A stretch of 64,000 bases of DNA from Acanthaster planci (taxonomy: Eukaryota). The stretch is from NCBI RefSeq assembly GCF_001949145.1, contig NW_019091361.1, positions 1,838,866 to 1,902,865 of the forward strand. Direction: 5' to 3'. Below, one piece after another: positions 27,602 to 40,185 of this stretch. The notes under the pieces are model-generated. The model searched no databases, was not told where the DNA came from, and worked only from the letters and a program-made list of their open reading frames with translations. How positions within the stretch are numbered: the first letter of the stretch is position 1; every line of letters begins with the position of its first letter. A program made the translations under genes and the position numbers.

Positions 27602-30482
27602 GCATCACCAACGCATAAAGTGCAATGAAGTTTCACAACAATCGCTCAGGTCCCCAAGCATTCCATACCCTGTAGGTCGTCTATCTGAAGTTCTGGAGGC
27701 GTTAATCATAAAGCCACCACGGCAACATACTGCAGCAAGGTTTTAATTTTCCTATGCAAGCTCGATGCAAGGGTACCGTTTAATACTGGCGTCTTCATTT
27801 TTTAAACATCATCAAGCATTCTATCTCCCCACTTGTCCCCGATTTGTGAACTGAGGCGTCCGCACAGCCCCGAGTTCTAAGTCGACCTTTGACACTGTTT
27901 TGATAAGTGCTCAGGGATCATGCTCACTGTTCTCACAGTTTGAAGCACACAAAGAAGTCTATAGTTCTACCGTCATAAGGCTTGGCCAGCCTACCTTTTT
28001 CAGTGAACTGAATTTTGCGAGACCTATTCATTTCTGGGATACTGTACTCAAAATAATCCAGGATACTTTGTTACCAAGCACAGTAGTTGTGACCTTATAT
28101 CATGTATACGTGTTACTAGGCATGGGTCTTATGTTGCCCCCGGTGGAGTTCGGTGACATAATGGGTTTTATCCCCGGTTATGCCGTCCCATTGTCAGGTT
28201 ACAATTGTCCATTGATTAATATCTCAAACCCATTAAGTGCTAAATTGGGTCATGCATCGATCATTTCCGCGACTGCCATCGATCAATCGCGGAAATCAAT
28301 TGGCAGCGTTAACCTGTGTCCGATGTTGCCATGAATGTGACCAAATAACCGACTTGCGTGCCATAAACATGCGTTGTCGCGGCATGAGCTCGATTGTACG
28401 CCCAACACCACAGCTAGCTTCCCCTCCCTCAAAATTGAAATGAATTCACAGTCAACTTAACATCAATAAACCACTAGCTGTACCCACCAGTGGAATTACA
28501 GTTGAGAAACGGCGCGGTACTAATTTTTCTCTACGCTGTGATTGTTTTGCAGTGAAGCTTCAGAAGTGTGACCTCCTTCTTCTACTCACACACACTAATA
28601 AGAAGTTTCGAAGTTCATATCGTTGACAGTGGAACTACATTCAATCATTGTGATAAACAATTTAGCAATCCCCCCTCGCCTCTTTTTTTCATAAATTTTC
28701 GTTATCCTCGTTTATTACCTTGCACATGGCAGGAAACTTGGCTGTTAAAAACCACACGAGGCTCCCGCTGCCTTTTCCCGCTGGCTCCACGCACCCCCTT
28801 TGTCCCCGGCCCTACTTTGGTGTGGCCTAGCCAGCAACGTCCATGCCTCATTTCTCGCTTGGCTGGCCCGCAATTTTTAGCTTGAATATCCTGTTTAACG
28901 GTTAACTGAGCAGAGTCGGTCATGGCTATCGCCAGAGCTTAATAGATGTACGCGGACTGTATATGAAGGCTTTTCCCGTACACCCATAATGTATGATCAC
29001 TGTGGATGAAAAGCCGTATGGCTTAGCACAGAGCTCTGCCTGCGGCAAGGATTATTCACTTTAGCCCCGTGTAGTATATAGCTGCACGTTTTATTGCTAT
29101 AGAACAAAATGGCTGCCGAAATCTGCTGTTCACGACAAACATCATTATACATGCACAACGCAGCGCTGTCAAGCAGAGGCGTTTGTTGCAGTCAGAGGAT
29201 GCTAAATATTATTAGTTGGTAGCATTACACGAATCCGCCCTTGACAAACAGATTCAGTATCGTCTGTGCTGACTGACAGAAAAATTTGGTTATCCTGAGT
29301 GCCATGCCACTGTGTGTCTGTAGTCCGCAACAGGAATTGAATTCTGAACACGGCCACACATTAGACAGGAGATGGCGTGCTCTGTTAGTGCGTGCGTTGA
29401 ACGTTTTACAAGCCCGTTGTCCACAAAGGAATTGTCGGGTGTTTACATTAGCTTGTCAGCAGTGTGTAAAGACGTCATTAACATAGATTTTCCACAATTT
29501 GCTTATTTAAGCTTCACTTCTGTAGACTCTTGAGATTTGTCAAATTAACCTGATGCTTTCAGCAGTTAATATTATTTTCCATGTTTAAAAGTGGAAACCC
29601 ATAGTGGTGATTTGATGATCTCACTTCCACCCCAGAATTTCTGTTTTGATTTAGAAAGGGAAACTGTTGTTGACAGAATTATCACAGTCATTTGAAATTG
29701 AGCAACGATGCCACGAGAGCTGCCATAACTTCACTCATGACCGTACATACACTACTGCAGCAATTGATCCGTACAACATTCATAATCGCCGTCCGTGATG
29801 CATGCATGAAAGAGTTCGGAGTTCACCTACAGTACAGCGTGAAACGAGTAATAATTATCGGAACTAATCTCGTAAAAACATCAAAAGAAATCACACCAGG
29901 GGAAAACACTGATTGAATACTCTATAGAAAAGCATGTCAATCGGTGATTGGCTACGTTTTTATCCATGCTGCAAATCATCCTTGATATTTGTTTCCCCCC
30001 ATTTTCTTTCGAAACGTTTGTACTCAGTAAATGAAAAACCACCTGGATTCGGACGAATGTATGTATAACTAAGAGAAAAGCTTTGGCTTTAGATCAGAGG
30101 GATTTGAAAGATCATTTTAATCCGTGCGTATAGGTTTTAGTTTGATAACAGATACCAGAGAACTGAACAAAAATTAAAGGTATTAAACTCACGGTGGCTT
30201 CTCGCAAATACCAAGTCTTGTTGGTACTGTCGCTTGTCTCTATGCGCATGATCAGTCCAGCAGATGCACATGCATTACACAAATTAATCACTCCATATAC
30301 ACTCGGGGCCCAATGCAATTAGACCCACTTTAGCCTTAAAAGATTTTAATCACGCAGATTTCCCTCTTGATCTATCACACCGCATGCACTTTCAGCCTTT
30401 TAAAGAGCACCGCTGGCCCTTTTTTGGTTATGACGAATTTTTCAATAACGACTCGTCACCCTCCCTGTCTGTATTTTCACAG

Positions 30483-31169
30483 TTGTCCGTGATCGTCAAG
30501 GGACACAGCGAGTGTGCCGAACGCAAGCTGTACCTCGCCCAGACCGGCAATCTCCCGGGGGGCTTCGTGGACGGCACCCGGAGCTCTGGTCCGGAGGGTA
30601 GGGGAGTGTTCATCTTGGAGGTTGTCCCAGACAAGCACGTGGAGATCCACATCCGCTACATCGGCACCGTGATCATCATCCGACAGATCGGGGAGTACCT
30701 CCTGTTCTCCGTCCGAATGCCGGAGGAGATCATCAAGAGGCAAGGCCCGGAGGATCTTCAGCTCTGCGTCCGGGGTTGTCCCGGACGGGAGAAGATCGAC
30801 TATGTGAAGTTCTTGAAACAAACTAAAGACGTGGACCAGGAGAAACTGCAAAGAGCCATTGCCAAGTGCCGGCAGACCAACGTAATCGACGTGTACCTGG
30901 ATTCCTGCGTGTTTGATTTGCTGACGACTAGCGACGACAATTTTACCAACGCGGCTGAAAACGCCCTGCGGGACATCTCACGGCTGCAGCCCAACGCGTC
31001 CCTGTCCCTCCACAACAGAACTAGTGTCTTTGAAGACAGCAAGATACTGGCAGCCCTGCCCCCAAGGAGGAACGGTGCACCTCCAAGAACTCACATATCC
31101 ATGACTGCCCTCACGCAATTTGCAATAGTATTACTGGCACTTTGGGCGTCGCACCAGCTAACAACGTGA
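30483..31169 (+). CDS. RGM: RGM family protein, coding exon 3 (RGM_C domain, GPI-anchor signal, stop)
   Basis: ttttcacag acceptor, phase 0; LPGGFVDG, HVEIHIRYIGTVIIIRQIGEYL, LQLCVRGCP, YLDSCVFDLLTT; hydrophobic C-terminus. The three exons sum to 1410 nt (469 aa + stop). Confidence 0.97.
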   Translation: MSVIVKGHSECAERKLYLAQTGNLPGGFVDGTRSSGPEGRGVFILEVVPDKHVEIHIRYIGTVIIIRQIGEYLLFSVRMPEEIIKRQGPEDLQLCVRGCPGREKIDYVKFLKQTKDVDQEKLQRAIAKCRQTNVIDVYLDSCVFDLLTTSDDNFTNAAENALRDISRLQPNASLSLHNRTSVFEDSKILAALPPRRNGAPPRTHISMTALTQFAIVLLALWASHQLTT

Positions 31170-31254
31170 AAGACAAACAATGTAACATAGATGCAACTTA
31201 TTTCTTTTAACTATCAATATTATTTTGCAAACCGTAAAGATGATATATATAATT

Positions 31255-31348
31255 TGTACATAGAAGTGTACATAACTATACATACTTCAAAAGTGAAACT
31301 GCTAGCCACGTTGTACCACCGTTTATAATTATTGCTAAGATGTACATA
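31255..31348 (+). promoter_or_regulatory. Three Pumilio response elements (TGTACATA) in the proximal RGM 3' UTR
   Basis: Exact UGUAHAUA matches at 31255, 31267 and 31341, within 180 nt of the stop codon. Confidence 0.55.
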
Positions 31349-34323
31349 ATGGTGAGGATAAAATACTATATGATCTGAAGTGTATTTACTTAATATTTTG
31401 CAGTCTTTGTAAATGGAAGGGACTGCATTACAGCAGATTATGCCGTCTCTTTAAAAGATAGAAACTCGTTATTATTTTTATTAGAAACAAGCTTCACAGT
31501 AACTAAAAGGTGTGGGAAGGTATTTGGAATCCCAGAAGTGGACGAGTTGAATACGAAAATGAAAATAGCAGATAACACGGAACGCATTACAAGTAAAGTT
31601 TTCCGCCAGTCTACAACTGAAGCCATCGTGTAAATTCGATAATCAATATGAAATCCATATCGAAACGATAATGAGTTACTCCTTCCAACGGTTTGGATTG
31701 TAAATTGAGTCGGTACCAAACGAAATCAATCTGATATGTATTATGGTTGAAGGGGCAAACATTTCGCTTTAATACACAACACCTGCTGGGTGTGAACCCA
31801 GCACACAGACTTAATCATCTTAGTGCCCCACTCTGTTACTTGATGCACCAAGCATGCATTGTTCTCCCAATCTGCTGTGCATGTACAAATGCACCTGTAT
31901 TAAAACGCCTTCCTAGTCGATTGAAGTTAAAGTTCTGTGCTCTTGTGCTCGGAAGATTGTACGGAGAATGATTTGTGTGTGCACGTCTAGTCTAAAATCC
32001 TTCTTTGGATAATATTCACCTTTGTCGCTCATAAATCTTGTGCGAAGGGTCGCCAGTGTGGGTTTTTTTATACACTGAAATACATTTCGATTTTTCACGG
32101 ATGTTATTGCGTTAGTTTACCCTGGAAACCTTGTGCTCACATAATGACACACACCGGACAACGTCGTGTGCTATGTGGTGGCAATGGATGTTGTACAAGA
32201 AAATGTACGACTCTTACACTGATTCATTTCGGAGGACATGCTATGAGCCGTTTATCACACAAAGTATTTATTAGGAGCAGATCCTTCAGTTTTATTGGCA
32301 AACCTATGTGTTGTTTTCCTGCTAAGTTTGGTTAATGCATCCGTGATATGCACACTAGTCTTGACTCCATAACAATACTAATATTAAGTTACAGCTCGTA
32401 GCTAATACAAAACAGGTCAATCACGTCACCGACTTTTAAATGTTACTGTTATTAATGTTCACGCTGGCACGCGAGCAAAGCATCCGCTGTAATATTGGTT
32501 GAATGTGACGTCTAGAAACGTAAAGAACATGGCAACATATTCACGTTCACGTGGAGTATATGAACCAAAAATGTGTTTTTGCAACACAAATTCGAATTTC
32601 GAATGTTTCAAAAGCCATCCAGAATGTGGTCAAAAATTGTGATACATGTATCATGCCTATTGATGGAGCATACTGGTCTCTAGCCTACTCTAAGCCCAGC
32701 GTCACCTTAAAAAACGTTAAAAGCATTTTGCCAATGCCAGTGGTTTATGCTCATTACTTTTGTTCTTCGGTTTTGTACGTACGCTAGCGTTTTTTAGTAC
32801 AGTAATATTATTCCTTGTCACCGTCTAAGAAATTTTTTGCCCGCAGATAGTTAAACTTCTAGTAGTTTAAACATAAAGTTGCAGCTTCCGAGTATACACG
32901 CAGTATATTATTAGTATTCAGAGACAGAAATCAACAGGTTAATGTGCACATTCGTAAAGGGGGATTTTTTATCTGTGGTGATAATTACAAGGAGTGGATA
33001 CAAGTCGGTCTTTATCGGTGACGTTATTCATTTTACGTCGTAAAATGTATGCTATTCTCGAGTTTTCTTAAATGTGTGACTGGGTTTGGTGAAGTGGCTT
33101 CCAAACCGTCACTACTGTAAACCGACGCTGTATTTAAACAGATGTATACATTACAAAATAATTGCAACTGTACCCATGGCTTGATTAGCCATGTTTGCTG
33201 ATGACATCGCTGATTTTTTCTTGTTTTCTTTTTTTTTTTTGGCAGTTTTTGAAGAGAAAAAAAAATTAAATTTATAAGTTAAAGGAGTCTTGGTGGTGTT
33301 TGCGGTTTGTTTTCTTTCCATTGAGGTCACCATTCTGATAAGTAAAACTACATGTATATACACATCGTGATTGATGTCCCTGGTACTAGATTTCCCGGAT
33401 TATGATGCTTTTGAAGCACCAGTCGAGGAGTCGGGGTGGTATTTTGGCCAAGTTTGTGAAGTGGCAAGGTGGACATGGGGCCCTTTTTAACGACAGCCTT
33501 TGTTTGGGAAGTACATGTAGTGTACAATGGACGTTTTCTTGGAAACAAGGCTTAGACTCGTACACCCGCCCATTTTATCGGGGAAAGGGAAAAAAGTTTA
33601 AAAGCCAAGGGCTGTTCCAACACGCCACCGTTATGTTTGGTTTTTTTTGGGGGGGGTGGTTAGTACTTGGAGGGGGACTTTTGAGGGGTTGAATCATTTT
33701 CGAATCGGTTTCTTTACTTTTGCAAAGAAATATTTGTTGCCCAGTCAACCGGACCCCTTTTCTAAAAATCTGCATGAACACTTCCTTCGCCCTCTTAAGC
33801 CCATGCAAAACAAGCTATTTTAAACACCAGTTCGGTTTTACTGGGATTGTCGCAATTGAAAAAATACAATTGATTTGCTAATTAAAAAATTACAGTTGTC
33901 ATGAATTTCTGCAGTCCTGTTATTATTTACTGTTAATTCAGATTAACAGCGATACCCCACTTCACTTTAAGTCAAGTGCATCTCCGATTATTAAACTAAA
34001 CAAATACAGGAAATACAAGCAAACGAAAACCATAAAATGGATGAGGGCCCTCTTTTGACATTTGTTTGACACATATTATGTCAGCAAGCGTGATTCTGAG
34101 TTTGTGAGTTGATAAACGGTTGAAAACTTGAAACAGCAAAATATCAAAACATTATTTGAAAGTCTTCGAAATAAACATTGGGAAACGCATAACATTAAAC
34201 ATCAAAACGGGGTTCGGCAAGAAAAAGGGAAGAACACCAAGCAAATCCTATGCCACGCCTCCCAAGCGGTCACATTGAGAGTCTTGCTGTCGCGATAAAA
34301 GCACTCCCATGTAACGTGCACGG

Positions 34324-34499
34324 AATACGGGCCTTTCATAATAGTGCGCCTCCAAGAGTTTGCAACGCGTTGGCCAATCACATTGCGCGAAATTTGTCGA
34401 CCTAATGCGTGTTTGGAAAGGGTCGACAAATTTCGCGCTTTGTGATTGGCCAACGCGTTGGAAAATCTTGCAGGCACACTACTGTGAATCGCCCGTATT
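34324..34499. mobile_element. Palindromic MITE (~176 bp)
   Basis: Arms of about 80 bp are imperfect reverse complements (caacgcgttggccaatcaca..gcgcgaaatttgtcgacc) around a short loop. Confidence 0.85.
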
Positions 34500-34963
34500 A
34501 ATCCTGAAAGAGCCGAGTTATTTTGGCCCATCTCACAGCCGCCACCCCGCACCCCCAACTCGACTGTGCCAGGCTTGATTTTTTTTAGGGGGGTGGGGTT
34601 GGGGAACTTGTCATGCATGTATAGACACTCCTTATCATTAGTGTGGAGTTTGAAATCAACCAATCTTTTTGTTGTTAGAGTCATTTTAACTTCAAGGCTA
34701 CTTGCGTGCGTTCAGCACCGCAGTGGAAAGAGTATTTTTGGTTAACCCGTCTGTGAAAAAAATGCGCGCTACGCAAGAACGGGTACGTGCAAAATTGGTG
34801 TCAAAATGACCGCAAGGAGTGACCGGTACTCTAAAACTCCTAAGGGCTCGACTCCTGAAAAAAATGCGGCGATATGGAACAAATGTTGAGGCGAGGGTGT
34901 ATTCCGTTCCCACTTCGGCTCTTTTGTGGAAACCGGTGCTTTTAGATTGGGAATCATGTGCTA

Positions 34964-36095
34964 TGGGGGACGAAAAGTGGCCATCTACTTTTCTGCTGTC
35001 AGGATAGTAGAAAAGCAGATTTTACGTCTTTGTAACAATTTTTTTATTTTTCTACTTTTCTGCTACCTCAAAAGCAGAATGACCATTTTATTGTAATGCA
35101 TTTTTCCACTTTTCTGCTTTTCTGCTACAACAAAAGTAGTTTTACTTTTCCTTATTTTGACGGCGGCCGAAAAGTGGCCATCTGCTTTTTACCTGTCAAA
35201 AAAGCAGGAAAGTGGATTGAACGTTTTGACGACAACCGTGAATTCAACTTTTCTGCTTTTGTGATACCGGAGAAGCAGATTTTACATAGGTGGCCAAAAA
35301 GTGGCCATCTGCTTTTCTGTCCTCAATGGGCCGTGAATGGGGTCATGAACCGGTAGGTTACGACCATTTCCGTTCTGGGGGAGTGAAGACGTATAGATAC
35401 CAATATGTAAAGTACGCTTTCTGGGGACCTATGAGGCAGAGAAAACAGCATCTCAAAGGAAATACAGTTTTACAGCTATCATCCAATAGACACACAAGCT
35501 TGCTTGGGCCAAGGAGCCAAGGAAACCATGCGAATCTTTCATTACAAAAGATAGGGTGGAGTGTAATTATTGATTTATATGTCTTCAATCCCAAGAAAGG
35601 AAATGTTCATAACCTGAGGTTCACAACTCCCTTCACGGCCCTTGGAAGGCAGAAAAGCAGATGGCCACTTTTCGGCCGCCTATGTAAAATTGCTCCTCCG
35701 GTACCAAATAAAGCAAAAAAGTAGAATTCACGGTTATTGTCAAAACGTTCAATCCTCATTTCTGTCTGTTCGAAAGCAGAAAAATAGAAAATAAAAAATT
35801 GCATGTAACAAAGACGTAAACTCTGCTTTTCTGCTATTCTGGTAGCAGAAAAGCAGATGGCAACTTTTCGTCCTCCATAGATGGCCGCTTTTCGGCCGAC
35901 AGCGAACGAAGAAAAAGTAAAATCTGCTTTTCTTGAATCAGAAAAGCAGAAAAAATGCGTAACCAAACAATGTCCGTTCTGCTTTTTGAGATGGTAGAAA
36001 AGTAGGAAAGTCGAACTTGCATGTTACCAGAACATAAAATTTACTTTTCTGTCATTCTGATAGCAGATAAGCAGATGGCCACTTTTCGTCCTCCA
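34964..36095. mobile_element. Foldback-type element with long modular inverted arms, TA-flanked
   Basis: Ends TGGGGGACGAAAAGTGGCCATCT / AGATGGCCACTTTTCGTCCTCCA; repeated aaaagtggccatctgctttt units; inner arms 35328-35400 and 35572-35641 are also reverse complements. Confidence 0.85.
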
Positions 36096-36826
36096 TACAT
36101 GTGCACCAGTTTAATACGAGAACAGGCATAAACGTCGACGATAAATAACCTCAATTCAAACTGTGGGGGGAAATTATTAGAAATTTCCAAGGTCTTCACA
36201 ATAATCATTGCATTCAAGCTTAATGTGTTATCATTTTCCACTTTCTCTTCATTTTTTGGGGGGGGCCTAAATGACGGTAGTTTTTATAAATTTTTAACTG
36301 CGGGAACGATTACGGCCTCGCTCTGTAAAAATGCTAGAAGCACATTATACCCCCAAAAAAGGATTTATACTTTCAACATTTGCTCTCGAGCAGGCTCATC
36401 CAAGAAAGATCAGGAAGATAAAAATGAGTCGAACGGGACAAAAACATACTGTGCAGTGTGTTTACAAAGCTCGGGCTCCGTGTTCTGAAGTTTAAAAGGT
36501 CATTTTTTTTCAAGGGTCTTCATCCCACAGCTGCCACTTCTGTTTTTATAGTTTTTATTCGCGATGATATAAAAACGTCGCCGGGGTAAAACAAGGAACA
36601 TAAACATCTGTACAAACGATGCATGTAGCTGGTTTCTGTTTTCTTACCTCCAAGGTAACCTATATAAGAACAAAGCTGTTATGATAAGCCCACCCTGTAG
36701 AAGTTCTTTAAAAAAAAAAAAAGATATACATGTACACGTATAATTTTATCAAGACGTGAAAGGGATCTGCTGCACGAACACCGCATTAAACTAGGGGGCG
36801 CTGTTCATAATACAGATCTTTATCAA

Positions 36827-37989
36827 TGGTCGAGTTCGGGCAGCCTGTTCTTGACACGAATTTCTTGTTCTCTCATTCGAACGGTGGGAACACCACCTAA
36901 AATCACAGTTCTCGAAACTTGGGATCACGCACCACCACTTTGTCAGGGTTTTGCAGGAACGCACGGAAAAAAACTCATGAAATTTTGATTGTTGAACAGC
37001 CACAAAAATAGCGCGATGGCTTACACAAACCGAGACAAATGGGAAGTTTTGCAAAATTAACATTAATAGTTTTCTATAACACAGAAATGAATGCTCTTTT
37101 TAAATAGAAAAGAATTCGTCCCAGTTATCAACGGATCAACCCTCGAAAAACGTAGGCCTACGTGGACGCCGCCATGTTGCATGTTGCCTGCCAAAAACTA
37201 CCAGCGATATATAACTGGTTGTACGTTACCGGCGTTCGAGCGACCGACCCACGAACAACAAATTGAGCTGTTCGTGAACATTCGAGAACAAGCCAGGCTA
37301 TGTATCGAACAAGTTTCCGCTACCTTACCTGTCCATTTTGGCATTAGGAGAGTTCAGAATTACCTCAAAAATTTGTTTCACAAATATAAAAAATTGGGGC
37401 AAAGAGATGCCATACTTCGTACCATGGGCGGATCCAGGAATTTTTGCAAGGGGGGGGGGTTCAGGCCGGAGATTTTTTTAATGTCTCATTTTTGCAGACA
37501 TGCGGGAACGACGATGAAACATGAGGCCTACTTGACATAGAGGCTGAGTTCGGGCGGCTTGTTCTCGTATGTTCAGGAACAACTCGATTTATTGTTTGTA
37601 AGTCGACCACTCGAACGCCCGGAACGTACAACCGATTGTTGCATGGAACATGGCGGCATCCATGTACGTTCTTTCACAGTAAACTTGGAAAGCTGGGCTG
37701 AATTCTTTTCTATTTAAAAAGGAACATTCATTTTTTTTTGCTATGGAAAATGATTTTTGTTAATTTTGTAAAACTTCCCATTGTCTTCGGCTTTGTGAGC
37801 CATCTCGCTATCTTTTGCGACTGTTCAAAAATCAAAATCTAGCGAGTTTTTCCTCGTGTTCCTGTAAAACCCTAACGAAGAGGTGGTGTGTGATCCTGTT
37901 CCGGGAACAGCGTTCTTGGGTTGTGTTCCCGCCGTTCGAGCGCGAGAACAAGAAACCCGTGTTAAGAACAGGCCGTCCGAACTCGACCA
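36827..37989. mobile_element. Second long palindromic (foldback/MITE) element, arms about 450 bp
   Basis: 36827-37297 is a diverged reverse complement of 37556-37989 (ends tggtcgagttcgg / ccgaactcgacca). Confidence 0.85.
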
Positions 37990-38339
37990 CAGTGTTTTGA
38001 AATTATTTCCCCATTTTTTAAAAACTTTTTTGTTTTCAAAACTGGATCCGCAGCTGCATACTCTCCGTCAAATTGTGGGGGGTAATTGCCCTATACCCTG
38101 GGTTTTACGCAGATGTTTCTGGCTACGCGAACATGCGCTAGTCCGTGGGCTGGGAGGGGTTTCACCGCACGCCAGAACCAATCGCCACCGGCATTTTTTT
38201 TTCCTTTGCATGCTCGCATCAAAGACTCGCATCAGAAAACATCAATGTGCATCCAAAATGCTCGTATAATTTTTTTTGGGGGGGGGACCAGGGTTTGCGG
38301 GGGGTGGTAATCAATTGGCTATACTATGACCTACATATT

Positions 38340-38592
38340 CAGGCAGGCATATGCAGTTCGAGACGGCGAGAGGGCGCGCGTGTCAGCTTGTTGGCGGTAC
38401 AGTACGCTGAAAATACTGCCTTAGAGGGCGCTGTGTAATCAACATTCGTGCCGCAGGTTGGAGATCCTGACCTCGACATGTCAAGGCATGCAGCTAAAAA
38501 CCGAGGGAAAATCTCTATCGATATAAGTTGTTCGATAGTGTTCGTTCGGACAAACTGAGGCAGGGAATAGCTAACACTTCACAGAATACAGA
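38340..38592 (+). promoter_or_regulatory. Probable 53BP1 promoter and non-coding first exon
   Basis: CpG-rich segment ending in a GTAAGT donor at 38593; the start-codon exon has its own acceptor (cttcag, 39453) only 7 nt before the ATG, so an upstream UTR exon is needed. Confidence 0.45.
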
Positions 38593-39460
38593 GTAAGTAT
38601 ACCATCAGTATGAGTTGATGACTAATTAGGCCAAACGATATTGTTTATTGAATGGACACCACATTTTCAACGCAGTCGCACGATTACTTCATCGTGCGCC
38701 TGATTTCCGGACATAAGAATTTGTTTAGGTCCTATAGTCCGAGTAAGGACCTTATAAAGGAAAGAGTTCCATATACGGACGCCACTTGACACCCTGTGCA
38801 CAATCCCTACGGAACTGGTCCGAAAAATTCTAAGTGTTTCTAAGTAAACGACTTGTTTGTTTTCCCTCCTCGTCCTAAATTAAACTTTTCTGGACATGTT
38901 TTGCCTTTCTGACAGCCACTGACAGCTGATAGATAAGGAATAATTACTGGCATCCGTATATGTGTCTCTTCTCCCCTACAAATCGTGTTTTGAAATATTT
39001 GGACATTACCGGGCGGTAGTAGGGTCTTACAACTTTCCATTAATTAGTTTTACTCAAATAGGCTCAGTCATAACGTCACGTAGCCCCAATCAAATAATCG
39101 TCAGATTTTGTAATGCATCTGACTTGTCTGATGTTACAATACAAACAGGTCATGCAATTAAAATCCCAGTACAATCTAGGCCTGCATGTCTTTTGCTGGT
39201 CCCTGTACTTGTGTCGTCAAACCTATGTGAAGTACGGTAGTATAATAATAAGCAACAAGTCCAGCAAAGATTTGATTTTGAGTTGAACAGCTTGAGCCTG
39301 AATCCAAAACACTGGTCAGTTCTGAGTGAATGTGGATTAGCATGTAAAAGATGAGCACTTCTTCACAGTTCACAGAATGCAGCAAGGAAGTGATCCAGGA
39401 AACATAGGAAATGAACTGCTGTCTTTTCCTCTCTTTGCCATTTTTGTCTTCAGTGTGATC

Positions 39461-39664
39461 ATGGACAGCCTCCCGTTTAGTCAGTCGGGGCTCGGCACCC
39501 AGGGACAGGACCCCTGCTTTGTGGTCATGAACTCCCAGGTTGAGGAGTCTCAAGATATGGCACAGGCGGTTAAGATGAGCAACACAGGCATGACCGGCCC
39601 CAGCAAACAACGGATGCTGTGGGAGCTGGCGGCGTTGAGGGGGACTCAACCGAGTCCGGTCTTG
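39461..39664 (+). CDS. TP53BP1: 53BP1 coding exon 1
   Basis: MDSLPFSQ..DPCFVVMNSQVEESQ..SPVL resembles human PCLIIEDSQPESQ..NPVL; donor TTG|GTAAGG, phase 0. Confidence 0.88.
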
Positions 39665-40055
39665 GTAAGGGAGTTGGGAGGAAAGTTGAAAGAGAAGAGT
39701 GAGGCTTTCCAGAGGAGTGAAGGTAGAGGATTATTAGGGTAAAGAGAATTGTTTTCAGGAACTTTTTGAAACGGCAAAAAAGGTAACCATGGTATTGGTA
39801 TCCCAAACCAAATAGTTCATTTTCTGACATTTACCATAGTGCGAAATTGGCTAAATCAGAATAACTTTCAAGGGCGGATTTTCTGAGCTCTTGTTCTTAC
39901 GTGTTTTGTTGTTAATTATCACCATTTATTAATGACTTTTAAAATTCTACAATTATTGTGTGGACTCGGCCCTTGAGCAGTTCTGCTATGACAGTCCAAA
40001 AATAGATTAACTTTGCTTTCCTTTGACCCTGCCTTTTTTTTCACTCAATAACTAG

Positions 40056-40155
40056 ACAGCAGCTGGAAACCTTATTGATAGCAACCCAACATCATCAAAG
40101 TCAAAAGGTGGGGAACATCAGCAAAGCAAGAACTTTAAGGCACGAGAAATGGCAG
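40056..40155 (+). CDS. TP53BP1: 53BP1 coding exon 2
   Basis: Polypyrimidine tract + tag acceptor, CAG|GTATG donor; open frame bridging phase 0 to 1. Confidence 0.7.
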
Positions 40156-40185
40156 GTATGTTCAGTGGCCAAGAATTGACTCTAA

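Noticed and set aside
37422..38056. ggcggatccagg ... ctggatccgc as paired ends of a nested transposon
   Set aside because: Match is only about 10 bp, no TSD, and it would straddle the arm of the larger palindrome
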